Of a DNA stretch of 64,000 bases, positions 8,870-19,497 are shown piece by piece. Below the pieces are notes generated by a model. That model saw nothing but the letters and a program-made list of their open reading frames with translations. It searched no databases and was not told the origin of the DNA. The translations under genes and the position numbers were made by a program. Positions within the stretch are counted from its first letter, which is position 1, and every line of letters starts with the position of its first letter. Source of the stretch: Methanobacteriota archaeon (GTDB lineage Archaea > Halobacteriota > Bog-38 > Methanoflorentales > Methanoflorentaceae); assembly GCA_963701995.1 (NCBI GenBank), contig OY969693.1:901050-965049 (forward strand), read 5' to 3'.

Positions 8870-10696
8870 ATGTGCGGCATAGTGGGATGTATAGGCAACC
8901 GAAGCGTTACGCCTATCTTAGTTGAGTCACTGAAACGGCTCGAGTACCGAGGTTATGACTCAGCAGGCATTGCCACGCTGAACGGCGCGGAAATTGATAT
9001 AACGAAAACAGCAGGAAAGATCTCTGATCTTGAAAATATTTTAAGTTTGACCAACTATGCCTGTGTTGGAATCGGTCACACCCGCTGGGCTACACACGGG
9101 GTTCCATCTTCCACCAACGCGCACCCACACACCGACTGCAGTGGCAGTTTCGCCGTGGTTCACAACGGCATCATTGAGAACTTTCAAGCTCTGAAAGATG
9201 AACTTACGAGCAAAGGCCACATTTTCAGCTCTGACACGGACACTGAAGTGTTAGCACACCTCTTTGAAGCATGCTACAATGGCGACCTTGAACGCGCCGT
9301 GCGGGAGGCGCTGCTGCGCGTCGAAGGCTCATATGCCATTGCGGTCATATCAGACAATGAACCAGAGGTCATCGTTGCCGCGAGAAAGGATAGCCCACTG
9401 ATCGTGGGATTGGGGGATGGAGAGAACTTCCTCGCGAGTGACATTCCAGCAATCAGGAAATACACGAATAAGGTCATATACATTAACGATGGTGAAATCG
9501 TCCGTCTCACCAGAGACAACGTGACCGTATCAACATTACAAGGTTTGAATGTTGAGAAGACCGTGACAATCGCCGATGGAAGCATCCAAGACGCGGAGCG
9601 GGGGGGTTACGAGCACTTTATGCTCAAGGAGATCCACGAGCAACCTAAGGCGTTACGGGAGACCATGGAAGATCGCTTGTGCGAGCTCGAGGGTAGCATC
9701 GATTTTAAGGAACTTCGCCCGCTCGAAGATGAGATTAAAAATATTGAAAGCATTACCATCATCGCCTGTGGGACTTCGTACCATGCCGGGATCCTCGGAA
9801 AGTACGCGCTCGAGGATTTGCTGCGAATCCCGGTCAAGGTAGAGTACAGCTCTGAGTTTCGCTATAATAACTTCCTGTCGGGCAAAAGATCGCTGGCAAT
9901 CTGCATCAGTCAGTCAGGTGAGACCGCAGACACGCTCGCCGCGATGAACGAGGCAAAGTCGCAAGGCTACCTAACGCTCGCGATAACAAACGTGGTCGGA
10001 AGCACGATTACGCGAAAAGCCGATGAAATTCTGCTAACGAAATCGGGCATAGAAATTGGCGTCGCGGCCACAAAAACCTTTACCGCGCAGATACTTACGC
10101 TTTACATGTTCGGCGTCTACGTGGCGCGATTGAAGAAGCTCATCGACGTTGAGACGTCACGCAATATCATAACCTCAATGAAGGCGGTGCCGGGCCTGAT
10201 CGAGTCACTTCTTGACAACATTAGCAACATCGAGAAAACTTCCTCTCGAATTTGCGAAGCGGATTGCTGCTATTTCATCGGGCGTGGGTTTAGCTATCCC
10301 ATCGCGCTTGAAGGCGCACTTAAAATGAAAGAGATCTCCTACATCAAAGCTGAGGGATTTCCGGCAGGAGAGCTAAAACACGGCCCACTTGCTCTTATCA
10401 CCGCGGACACCCCCGTCATCGCCATAGTGCCGAAAGGTAAGACATATTACAAAACGCTCGGCAATATAAAAGAGGTAAAGGCGCGAAACGCCTTCGTCAT
10501 TGCGATCGCGAACGCATCTGACGACGAGATCGTCAAATATGTGGACTCTGTGATCAAGATACCGGATGTCGATGAATTGTTCTCGCCGATGCTCGCTGCA
10601 GTCGCGCTCCAGTTACTCGCGTACTATGCAGCTAAGCACCTAGGCGCCGAGATCGATCAGCCGCGCAATCTCGCCAAGAGCGTTACGGTTGAATAA
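8870..10696 (+). CDS. glmS: glutamine-fructose-6-phosphate transaminase (isomerizing)
   Basis: MCGIVG N-terminus, GHTRWATHG, HNGIIEN, SQSGETAD, C-terminal PRNLAKSVTVE. Confidence 0.98.
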   Translation: MCGIVGCIGNRSVTPILVESLKRLEYRGYDSAGIATLNGAEIDITKTAGKISDLENILSLTNYACVGIGHTRWATHGVPSSTNAHPHTDCSGSFAVVHNGIIENFQALKDELTSKGHIFSSDTDTEVLAHLFEACYNGDLERAVREALLRVEGSYAIAVISDNEPEVIVAARKDSPLIVGLGDGENFLASDIPAIRKYTNKVIYINDGEIVRLTRDNVTVSTLQGLNVEKTVTIADGSIQDAERGGYEHFMLKEIHEQPKALRETMEDRLCELEGSIDFKELRPLEDEIKNIESITIIACGTSYHAGILGKYALEDLLRIPVKVEYSSEFRYNNFLSGKRSLAICISQSGETADTLAAMNEAKSQGYLTLAITNVVGSTITRKADEILLTKSGIEIGVAATKTFTAQILTLYMFGVYVARLKKLIDVETSRNIITSMKAVPGLIESLLDNISNIEKTSSRICEADCCYFIGRGFSYPIALEGALKMKEISYIKAEGFPAGELKHGPLALITADTPVIAIVPKGKTYYKTLGNIKEVKARNAFVIAIANASDDEIVKYVDSVIKIPDVDELFSPMLAAVALQLLAYYAAKHLGAEIDQPRNLAKSVTVE

Positions 10697-10807
10697 CCGC
10701 TAACGCATCGAGTTTGGTATGCAAGTCTGACCACACTGGGTCTTCGATTGGTCGTATTACGGCCGCATTAACGTAGTTTCACACACCGAGGACGACCGTT
10801 TGTAGTT

Positions 10808-11974
10808 ATGCAAAAGACCGTGCCGCCTGGACGGGCCCTAAATCACCCTGCTATTGGCATCAGACTTGTGATCCACGGGCCTGAACTCATAGACTCTGGA
10901 AAAATCGCTGACATCGTGGAAGCTTTGCGCGCACTTGGACCACTGCACGTGATAACTGGAGGTACAATGGCCCGCGTCGCAGCCTTAGATAAGCATCTGA
11001 CGTTCATTGATACCTCTCAAAAGATACACACAAGCGATGCGCTAAACCGCGTTTCAGGCAAAGAGGTCCTTGTTCTTGCCAATTGCGGCAAAACTTCTGA
11101 AACAGGACGCGTCTTCGGTCAGATAGTATCGTCGCGCGTGCGACGTTCTGTTATCCACGTAGAGCGACCAGGCTCAATCGACGGGAGTGTTATCCTTTGG
11201 CGGGGCGCTGACGGGGACAAGTCCCGCGACGTTCAGTACGTAGCTAGGCAGTTGTCGGATCGTCTATCGCTTCAGCTCGTCAAAAAGCAAAAAAGCGAGT
11301 TGTCCGTAGAGCAGACCGATGAAGTTGTTACGCGACATATCTACGGCGCTAGGCCAGGGGAGCCGTTGTTGGTTCAGGGAATGGTCGTCGGGACAGTGGT
11401 TGATGAGGACGTTGCGGTCATCGTGCGACGAGGCAGAATTGTCGACATTGTAGGCGTTGCTACGAAAGCCCACGGGCTTGAGAAAATTGGCAATATTGAC
11501 TTGGGCACCGCCTATGTTAAGACCGGACACCTCAGAGCGAGTAATGAAGCGTGCGCTCAACGCTCGATGGTGCCTGCGCGCCCGTTACAACGGGGTTCTG
11601 TGACATTTGTCAACCACCGCGCAGACCAAACCTTGGAATCTGCCAATGAAACAACGATCTGTGCTATTACTGTCGGAGACGACACGACAGCCATCTGCGC
11701 CGACATCTTATCGCGGGCGGGCATTCCGATCGTCGGGATCACTGATGGCGACGGAGATGGACTCTACACTGGCGCGTGCGAGGTTGAGGGTTCGCTTGTT
11801 CTCCGTCTTAACAACGCAAGCGACGACGACATAGGCTTCTTGCTCGAACAAAGCGACGCGCTTAACGGCGGAAACTACACTTTGGGCAATGTTATCAAAA
11901 TTGTCACGGATTTTTTGTGCCAGAATGGCGTAGAGTTTGTGGCGATATACTTCGAGAAAGATAGGCTGCAATGA
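10808..11974 (+). CDS. DUF2117-family conserved methanogen protein
   Basis: VIHGPELIDSG, GGTMARVA, VTVGDDTT-like and PIVGITDGD.DG motifs recalled for DUF2117. Confidence 0.75.
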   Translation: MQKTVPPGRALNHPAIGIRLVIHGPELIDSGKIADIVEALRALGPLHVITGGTMARVAALDKHLTFIDTSQKIHTSDALNRVSGKEVLVLANCGKTSETGRVFGQIVSSRVRRSVIHVERPGSIDGSVILWRGADGDKSRDVQYVARQLSDRLSLQLVKKQKSELSVEQTDEVVTRHIYGARPGEPLLVQGMVVGTVVDEDVAVIVRRGRIVDIVGVATKAHGLEKIGNIDLGTAYVKTGHLRASNEACAQRSMVPARPLQRGSVTFVNHRADQTLESANETTICAITVGDDTTAICADILSRAGIPIVGITDGDGDGLYTGACEVEGSLVLRLNNASDDDIGFLLEQSDALNGGNYTLGNVIKIVTDFLCQNGVEFVAIYFEKDRLQ

Positions 11975-12946
11975 AGACGAGTTCGGTGACGAGAAGCAAG
12001 ACGTTTAAGTTCGCTACGTCTTTTTTTGGCTTACGACAGTGCCGAATCTCGTAGAACCTGATGAGAAAGCTGTGATCAACCCATATAGCAATGGTGAACG
12101 CGCTTTTGAAATTGAATGGTCAGGCTTACGGGCTGAATACGAATCCTGCTGACCACGCCGGTGGCTAAATTTCACCAATTCATGGCTTTCCGGTCGAGTC
12201 TTGTTTTGAACCGTGACGCACTGCTGTTTAGCTCATTTTTGTGCTTTGCAAGCAAGCCGGCAGGTATTTGAGGTCACAGGCTCGCTGAATTACAGAACTA
12301 AGAACGTGGCAATTCCTGCAAGCAGCACGATGGCCATCAAGAGCAGCGCGAGTGCGATGATCCTTCTCTCGCGCAGTCATTTTCTTAAACTTCGGCGTTC
12401 TCATTGCTCGTTGTCTGCTTTTTCTCACGGTTCTAAGGATAAGGGCAAAGAGCGATAGCACTGCCAACAGCAAGACCAATGACTAGCGCATCCGTGTGAC
12501 GACCTGATTAGTAAGTGATCGCTACTAGTCTTGTCGATCTACTTCAGGCTCGCGCTTGAACCTTCCCTCTTCTTCCTATCACACAGGAACCGTATCGGAC
12601 GCGCGCGAGGCTACTTCGCGCTTTGACGTGCTGTTTGTGCGTGCAGATCGGTTGCATGCCCTACAGGACAGATCATTTGCCCATAATGCCTGTGATAGAA
12701 GCGCCATCGAGTATTCGACCATCCTGTTAGCGTAATCTTCCGCTTTTCGCGATGAATTCGTCAGCTTGGCAATCCTTTTTACCGTTCAAAGGCGGTGGTC
12801 ATCTGGATAACTAAGCGCAAGACGGAAGCGAAAGAGATAGCAAAGCAAAATCGAAGAAATTAAGACTACTAAAGACGCAAAATGAACGTGTTCATAAAGG
12901 CTTTTGTGCGCGCCCGCCTATAAACGCGACTAGTTGCGTAAGCACT

Positions 12947-13093
12947 ATGGAAATAAGAATAAACTGGTACTGGGGCTTGATCGGCGTTCTCGGGTTCCTG
13001 GGAGTACCCCTGAACCAGCCGCTGCTCTATCTCTTCTTCGTCTTTTTCATATTCTTCTCGCTACCCAGAAAACCGCAACCCGTTAATGCCTAG
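12947..13093 (+). CDS. small membrane protein (48 aa, possibly DUF3796-like)
   Basis: Manual translation MEIRINWYWGLIGVLGFLGVPLNQPLLYLFFVFFIFFSLPRKPQPVNA; TATA-like CTATAAA about 25 bp upstream. Confidence 0.6.
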   Translation: MEIRINWYWGLIGVLGFLGVPLNQPLLYLFFVFFIFFSLPRKPQPVNA

Positions 13094-13831
13094 ACGATCA
13101 TTGAACTGACTCAAAAGTTCATTCATAAAACCAGAGCCGCAATCGAGCAGCGTATAGCTCATTTCAACCAACGACTCCCTATAGGCATTATTTTATCGTA
13201 GTTTCGAAAGTACCCAGGGTTTCGTGTGTCTGTATGTCAACGCGATTTGGTCACAAACAGACACGACGCGACATATCTATAGTAGTAGTATTCGACGACA
13301 ACAATTTGTCCGGGCTCATGTCGCGGGCCCGCCCACACTTCAGTCAGGGAAGGGGCCGCGGCTTTTTCCACGGCGACCCTCCCACAGCGCTGAAAGGTCC
13401 GCTTGTCTGTCTCCAGTTCCAGCGCTGATCTTAAGTTCCAAAATTAGCTTAACCCCACTTAAGGGGATACAGTGCATATTTCCTGAAAATAGCGAACCTA
13501 GTCGGCGCTCCTTGGCTGCAGAGTTCTTGAATGCCAATAATAAAGCAAATGTTGGGCTGACAAATCTTTCAGCTAAGCTCCGGACTTGGTCACGTTAATT
13601 TGCCTCTCGAAAGTCCTTTTCGCTCGAGGAAATCGCAACGGATTGAGTATTCGTCGTGATTCTACAGGATATCTTGCATCACAAATGCACAGTCACTCGA
13701 TGCTCTCACGGGCGAGGCTCACTGAAAACACTGACACCGACTATTCGTTAATGTGTGCAGGCGCCATGATGCTAAAGTATAATTACGCAGCCGAGGATTG
13801 GGCACCGGAGGCATGTGACTCTCTCCTAATT

Positions 13832-14494
13832 ATGAAGCTCTTTAGAAGCGACCATCATTCCAGACGTATCTACAAGTATGTTGACGATTTCCAGCGAGAG
13901 GTGCAGAACGGCAACTACTGGGCAGCGCAGAATGCTGTTGACAAAGCGCTGAAGATCGACCCGCTCAACGAAAAGTTGCTAGGTATGAAGGAGACCACGC
14001 TAGAACTCATCTACATGCAAGAAGCGCAGCGAAAACCCTCCTCGACGGAAGTTACACCTGCCATCAAGCACGAACAGGAACCGCGTGCTCTACACGACGA
14101 GTTTGAAAGCGTTAAAGCGACTCTACAATCGTACATAGGAGCACTAACAGCTGGAGATGTCGACGCAGGGGCGTCAATGTGGGACGAATCGAGCACGAGC
14201 CTAACATATATTTCAGCAGAGGACGGTGCCATCTATAGCGGACACAATGAGATCCGAGAGGCTCTTAGATCTGCCGCATCCAAATACAACTACACAGCAT
14301 ACACGTTGATGGAGCAAGGCTTAGAACATAATGCCAACCTCGCCTACGCTTTTTACGAAGTTCGGTTTGAACGACGAGAAGATGCCTATGAAAACGTTCT
14401 CGGAGTCAAATTTGTAACCCTGGTGCTCCGCAAAAGAGGACGGACGTGGAAGATTGTCCACGGTCACGAATCAAACTTGATACCTCCTCGTTAG
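13832..14494 (+). CDS. TPR-like + SnoaL/NTF2-like domain protein
   Basis: N-terminal GNY.AA...DKALKIDP.N (TPR-like); C-terminal NTF2 signature GD.D....W, G..EIR, VTLVLRK.G.TWKIVHGHES; start moved from 13586 to ATG 13832. Confidence 0.75.
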   Translation: MKLFRSDHHSRRIYKYVDDFQREVQNGNYWAAQNAVDKALKIDPLNEKLLGMKETTLELIYMQEAQRKPSSTEVTPAIKHEQEPRALHDEFESVKATLQSYIGALTAGDVDAGASMWDESSTSLTYISAEDGAIYSGHNEIREALRSAASKYNYTAYTLMEQGLEHNANLAYAFYEVRFERREDAYENVLGVKFVTLVLRKRGRTWKIVHGHESNLIPPR

Positions 14495-14622
14495 GAAAGA
14501 GAATCGCCCACTGAGCGTGACGGCAAGACTCTTCTTGTCACTGACAGAAGCTCGTGGCAGCATTCTTTATCTAGTAAGCGCGAAATAAAAAAGCATTTGT
14601 CAAATCTAACGCTGTGGTAACG

Positions 14623-15174
14623 ATGATCGAAGAGAATCCCGCAACAACCTGGATGGATCGAAAAACGCCACTCATCGACAAGACTGCCTATGTTCATCCA
14701 TCAGCCGTAGTAATCGGTTACGTTGAAATCCACTCAAACGTATTTGTTGGGCCAAATGCCTCAATACGGGGCGACGAGGGGGGCCCGATCATAGTCGGCG
14801 ACAACTCTAACGTGCAAGATGGCGTCGTGATGCATGCTTTAAAAGGAGAATCTATCACTATTGGCAAGAAAGTGTGCGTTGGTCACACGGCCATCGTTCA
14901 CGGGCCGTGCACTATTGGGGACCAGAGCTTCATTGGATTCGGCGCAAAAGTTTTCAAAGCAAATATCGGGACGGGTTGCTTTGTATCGACCGGCGCACTT
15001 GTCACCGGTGTGGACTTGCCCGATGACAAGTTTGTGCCAGACATGCAAGTCATTAACACGCTTGAGCAGACTGCTACGCTTGGTGATGTCCCGGAACTAC
15101 AGCGCGAGCTGGCTGCTGAAGTAGTTGAAGTGAATAAAGAGTTCGCTCAGGGATATCGGCTTCCCGCGCGCTGA
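14623..15174 (+). CDS. cam: gamma-class carbonic anhydrase (Cam type)
   Basis: Hexapeptide repeats, SIRGDEG, NVQDGVVMHAL, VGHTAIVHGP (three Zn/Fe His ligands), C-terminal helix VVEVNKEFAQGY. Confidence 0.88.
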   Translation: MIEENPATTWMDRKTPLIDKTAYVHPSAVVIGYVEIHSNVFVGPNASIRGDEGGPIIVGDNSNVQDGVVMHALKGESITIGKKVCVGHTAIVHGPCTIGDQSFIGFGAKVFKANIGTGCFVSTGALVTGVDLPDDKFVPDMQVINTLEQTATLGDVPELQRELAAEVVEVNKEFAQGYRLPAR

Positions 15175-15226
15175 ACAAGGATTATGGAACGTTATTTTTA
15201 GCTAGATCGACGTCTATATCAGCCGC

Positions 15227-15391
15227 TTAACCCATTTTTTCTAGGATCTGTTTCAAAAGGTTTTTGATGTCCAGTACTTCTTGGTAGAATTCAAGCCTCA
15301 TCTCGAATTCCGAAGCGTCGTGATAGTCCGGAGCATGCTGCTTTTTGTAGTCGTCAACGACCTCTTTTATCATTTCTTCCCGTGTAGCCAT
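15227..15391 (-). CDS. small hypothetical protein (54 aa)
   Basis: MATREEMIKEVVDDYKKQHAPDYHDASEFEMRLEFYQEVLDIKNLLKQILEKMG preceded by a GGTGA RBS and TTTAA/TTAAA TATA-like motifs. Confidence 0.65.
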   Translation of the reverse strand: MATREEMIKEVVDDYKKQHAPDYHDASEFEMRLEFYQEVLDIKNLLKQILEKMG

Positions 15392-15673
15392 TCAAATCAC
15401 CAAGCTTAGTTTAACTCAAACCTCTTTAATCTTTCTAATTTGAACTCCGATTGCGCGCTATCCGAGCGTAGTCTATCGAACGTTCTGCCTGCGACGCATT
15501 TGAGGCGATACTTCGCTGACCTCCAGCGTATCGTTTGGATTTGAACCTATGAATGCCTGAGTTCACCAGGGGAAGCAAGAGAAATACGCGACTCTAGCCT
15601 GGCGTAGGTTCGGTTCTGCTGCTGTCAGCTAATCGGATTGACACGTTCATAAATGCTCAGCGCAGGAGCTGGT

Positions 15674-16336
15674 TTACGAATCTATTAAGGCTCGATCAGC
15701 GATGATTCGGTCCTCTTCTGACTGCTCTAGCTTTTTTCGAATTCGTGTGAGCAGACTCTCATGGGTCGCAACTTTGCTCAAATCACAAGCGATCCCCTTG
15801 GTAAGTAGTTTGCTTTTGTCTACGTTCTTGAGGTACTGATCGAAGGAATCTTGAGCCGGCAGCTGCTTTAGCACGATAAACTTACTCAGTCGGGTAAGGT
15901 CGAGATCGCGGTAACGGCCAAGTAAGGCACTACCATAAGGATCTTCAATCACTACGAGTGCTCCCTCAGGACTCGCTACAAAATTGTCGATTACACCAAG
16001 ACGAGAATTAGCAGTATCGCGGACCTCTACGCCGTAAAGCGCGCACAGGAAGTGGGATCGTTTTGCTATATCGTTCGTAAACTCTCTTGCGCTGTGCGTT
16101 ACCACTCGTCCGTCAGACGTTTGAACATCTTGTTGGGTGAAGTAGTATCTCGTCTCGAGATTCTCGCCCTTTTCGACAAGATAATAGATGTCTCCCTCGT
16201 TTGATATAGCAACGTCGCTTACTTTACCAAGCTCCAGGTTGTCTGCTGTCGCTGCGTCTTTTCCTAGATACATGAACCACCCTCCTATTTTTCTCATAGA
16301 CAGGTACGGGCGCGTGCTTAAGTCTACTTCCCTCAA
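15674..16336 (-). CDS. PRC-barrel domain protein (two barrels likely)
   Basis: Two repeats of G..(A/V).T.D...LG.(V/I).(D/N): YLGKDAATADNLELGKVSDV and LYGVEVRDTANSRLGVIDNF; start uncertain. Confidence 0.6.
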   Translation of the reverse strand: MREVDLSTRPYLSMRKIGGWFMYLGKDAATADNLELGKVSDVAISNEGDIYYLVEKGENLETRYYFTQQDVQTSDGRVVTHSAREFTNDIAKRSHFLCALYGVEVRDTANSRLGVIDNFVASPEGALVVIEDPYGSALLGRYRDLDLTRLSKFIVLKQLPAQDSFDQYLKNVDKSKLLTKGIACDLSKVATHESLLTRIRKKLEQSEEDRIIADRALIDS

Positions 16337-16680
16337 GACGGGCAGAATTATCGAAGAAGAGCATGTGAAATGGCGCCTTCTTGCTCTTTAGGCAGCTCTT
16401 TCACAGGAGCTTTTTTTTGCCTTGCGCGTCTTTTTTGACGGGAAGCAGTCGGGCTTCGCATGAGCTCTCCCTGACGTCCATACGTGTTTAGGATCGAATC
16501 TTGGTCCAACAGGTGCAATTATAACAGCGACTTCCGAGCAAAGAAATCGAAACACGTTTTAAGGAGTTGTTCTTTTTATTTGTTTGGCAGATGTCTCCTC
16601 TTGGGTTTTACACCGAGAGCTGCGTTCTGTCGCACTGCAAGCGCGTTGCAATTTAAATATATGGGAGATGGTTAATCAAA

Positions 16681-16977
16681 ATGAAGAAAATTGTTTTGAG
16701 CAGCGTCTTAGCACTTTTATTGATACTTGTTTTTAGTCTGCCATCAATGGCACAACAAACTACAAATGCTACGACAAACGCGGCGACAGCAGCGGTGGCA
16801 AACACAACAACTGCCGTGGCAAGTACGAATGCGACGACCACGGCACCGGGAGTCACAAGCTTCCTACAGGCAGCTAATAATACTACAGCACCACCCGTAC
16901 CAGGATTCGAAGCTGTGTTGGCGGTTGTGGGGCTTTTAAGCATAGCCCTGATACTCATAAACAAACGAAGTCGTTAA
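16681..16977 (+). CDS. small PGF-CTERM cell-surface glycoprotein
   Basis: Signal peptide MKKIVLSSVLALLLILVFSLPSMA, Thr/Ala-rich body with NxT sequons, VPGFEAVLAVVGLLSIALILINKRSR sorting signal. Confidence 0.88.
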   Translation: MKKIVLSSVLALLLILVFSLPSMAQQTTNATTNAATAAVANTTTAVASTNATTTAPGVTSFLQAANNTTAPPVPGFEAVLAVVGLLSIALILINKRSR

Positions 16978-17568
16978 GCGGCTTCGCTTCCGGAGTTTCG
17001 CTGCGCGGGGTCCGTTCATTCCTACGGCTCCGCGTCCAATTTCTAACGTTTCAGTGGTTGAAGTCGAGTTATGGCCGCGTGAGGCAGCGATTTCGTGCAA
17101 AAGCGTGACAGCGTGTCTGTGTCACGAGGCGGAGTGCGTGGACGGATTCGTTAAGGTCCTAAAAGAGCTCATATGGCTGGAAACTCCCGTCAATTTAGAC
17201 TACCGCGCCACGATGCGTGAAGTCGGGATAGCGCGTACTTCGCACGATTACGTGCAAAAGACTCAAGGATATGGGTGACGCGAGCACGCATAGTCGAAAA
17301 AGAAAAAAAACTGAGAGACATATGCATCTTATCAAGCTCGCCCATTGTTGGATCCCAATTTGTTTAACCCAACATTACGATAAACTTTCAACTTGGCGAG
17401 TCGCTCCGCACATCCAAACAACACGCTGAGGAGTCCATAAACGTAACGCGCATTCAAGGTGAATATGGCGATTTCAAGCACTTAGAAGCGTTTTTCCAGA
17501 TGCGGCTACGACCCATTCAGATCGCAAGAGGCTATGTATGAAGCCCCCAATTTAATCGAGTTGATAAT

Positions 17569-17844
17569 TTGGAGAACAACATACACCGACACGCCGACAA
17601 GTGCCCCGCATCAGGCAAAGAGTTAAAGGCTTACATTTACGAGCTTATTCTCGCAATCGAAGCCTACGATACGCCACATGTTGAAGAAATCTTACAGTGG
17701 GACGTGCCACAAGAGTGGCGTGATCTGGCAACGAGCATAGCGGGGCCTTACCTTGACGGGGTGCCCCTAAATGATCCACTTTACCGTCTTTGCCTCGACG
17801 CCAATAAAGAACTCGCGCAATCGGAAGGCGAAGAGCGGCAATAA
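17569..17844 (+). CDS. hypothetical protein
   Basis: 91-aa ORF with helical protein-like composition, followed by a T-run. Confidence 0.55.
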   Translation: MENNIHRHADKCPASGKELKAYIYELILAIEAYDTPHVEEILQWDVPQEWRDLATSIAGPYLDGVPLNDPLYRLCLDANKELAQSEGEERQ

Positions 17845-18367
17845 ATTCGCACACTGATAGACAACGCTATGGCAGGGCGAGTGCTTTTTTTGAAAACTAA
17901 TGAGCGCCCCTCCTCGCATAATCAAGGTCCCGTTATTTTGACGTGAAAGCTCGCTATGAGAAAGGATTAGACTTGTTATCGATATTGACTCACGTCTAAT
18001 CCTTCAAATATGTAAGCTCGCGCTGTACCTCATATCAATCAGCGGGCCAGAGGTTGCTGGCCTATTGCCATGGCAATCGCGCTACGTTATGCATGCAAAG
18101 CAATCGTTGTCGGGCGAGGAATTTTTTTTGTGCGCAAACTTGCTTTCTCGACCGCACAACGAAGGATCTCACCCGCTATTGGTGTTGTCCTTTTCGATCA
18201 CTGGCGGCGCAAAATCAAATCTTATCGAGCCGATCTTCTTATGAAGGATTTGGCAGATAAGGACGCTGCTGGTGTCCTCTTGTGGTAGGAGGCGAAAGCC
18301 GCAGTGGCTCGCAAGTCGCTGACGGCGGTCCTCATCTATTAAATCCGGATGACGCGAATTGTTCTGC

Positions 18368-18835
18368 CTACCAGACTTCTGGGAAGGCCATGTTCGTGTA
18401 AATCTCCTCGAGCCGGGCCTTGTGCGTCCTCTCCATATTTGCCAGCTGGAAGAAGAGGAACTCCTGTTCGGTATCGGTGGAAAGGTTGGCAAGCTGGGTG
18501 TACATCTGCATTGCCTCAAGTTCTTTCTTGATCGCGATGACGAGACCTTCGAGCGGTGTTAAGTCATCAGTTAGTTTCGGACTTGGCAGGGCATCGCCGA
18601 CCTTGTAGTCTTTGGTTCCCTCGAAACGGAGGTTGGCCGTGTCTCTCGTAAGGAACGCCTCGAGGAACTGCCGGTGTTTCTTCTCTTCACCTGCAAGTTC
18701 TCCAAAAAGTTTTTTTAGCGCCGGGTCCTTTGCTCTTTCAGAGACGCTGTTATAGAATATGTAGGCCTCTATTTCACTGTCGATCGCGTTAGAAATAATC
18801 TTTTTTGCATCTTCCACGTTCATGGTTTGTTGCAC
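18368..18835 (-). CDS. ferritin-like/rubrerythrin-family di-iron protein
   Basis: AIDSEIEAYIFY, LAGEEKKH, AIKKELEAMQMY, LANMERTH (E...ExxH twice); GGAG RBS. Confidence 0.9.
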   Translation of the reverse strand: MQQTMNVEDAKKIISNAIDSEIEAYIFYNSVSERAKDPALKKLFGELAGEEKKHRQFLEAFLTRDTANLRFEGTKDYKVGDALPSPKLTDDLTPLEGLVIAIKKELEAMQMYTQLANLSTDTEQEFLFFQLANMERTHKARLEEIYTNMAFPEVW

Positions 18836-19239
18836 TCCTGTGGTTTCCGTTAATAGTAATCCAAGCGCTTATCACTCTATTTAAGCGCATTGATGTCGTC
18901 ATTCAAAGGATATGCTGCGTTAGGTGTCGTTATTTCGCCTTGGTTACGAACTTAGCCTGCGCAAAATCGGCTTTTCGTATGAGCGGACTTTAACATTTTT
19001 CTACGCCAGTTGTGCCAGCTAGACGTTTTTATGGCGAGCGATCGGGGTAGATGCGCGATTATTCAAACGATACCAACTGGATCATATAAACATTATGGGT
19101 CCGAGCGATTGCGCTGCAACGCCAACTGCGTAGCCTCTCATCATTCACACTCGAGCACCGATCGTCGGGAGGTTTTCATTAAGGCTAACAAGCAACAAGC
19201 CCAAATACTGGGTGAGTCTCGTGAGTCCCGTGTAGATGA

Positions 19240-19497
19240 TCAATACCCGCGGTGCCCCAGCGTTTTCTCCTCCTCTATCTCTCGCATAGCTCTTGCTGAA
19301 CGCTCGATTAGTGTGTCCGTAGTATCGAACCTCTCACATAGATCAGCATAGAATTCGAGGTGGGCTCGAATCTCTTCCTTCAGTTGTGTTCTTTCTTGTA
19401 CGTCAATATCGTCAAAAAACTCAAGGTCACAATAGAAGCTTTTTAGCGCATTCCAAGCTCTCCATGCACTCCCTTCTATTTGATCCAGCGTTATCAT
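19240..19497 (-). CDS. hypothetical protein
   Basis: 85-aa acidic helical ORF with AGGTGA RBS. Confidence 0.65.
   Translation of the reverse strand: MITLDQIEGSAWRAWNALKSFYCDLEFFDDIDVQERTQLKEEIRAHLEFYADLCERFDTTDTLIERSARAMREIEEEKTLGHRGY

Noticed and set aside
12058-12160. Hammerhead ribozyme or C/D-box sRNA (CTGATGA...GAAA / CTGA)
   Set aside because: There is no stem II between CTGATGA and GAAA, and the box spacing does not fit a C/D guide.
17054-18360. Short ORFs at 17054-17278, 18054-18260 and 18070-18288
   Set aside because: No RBS or motif support; possibly decayed sequence, so not called.
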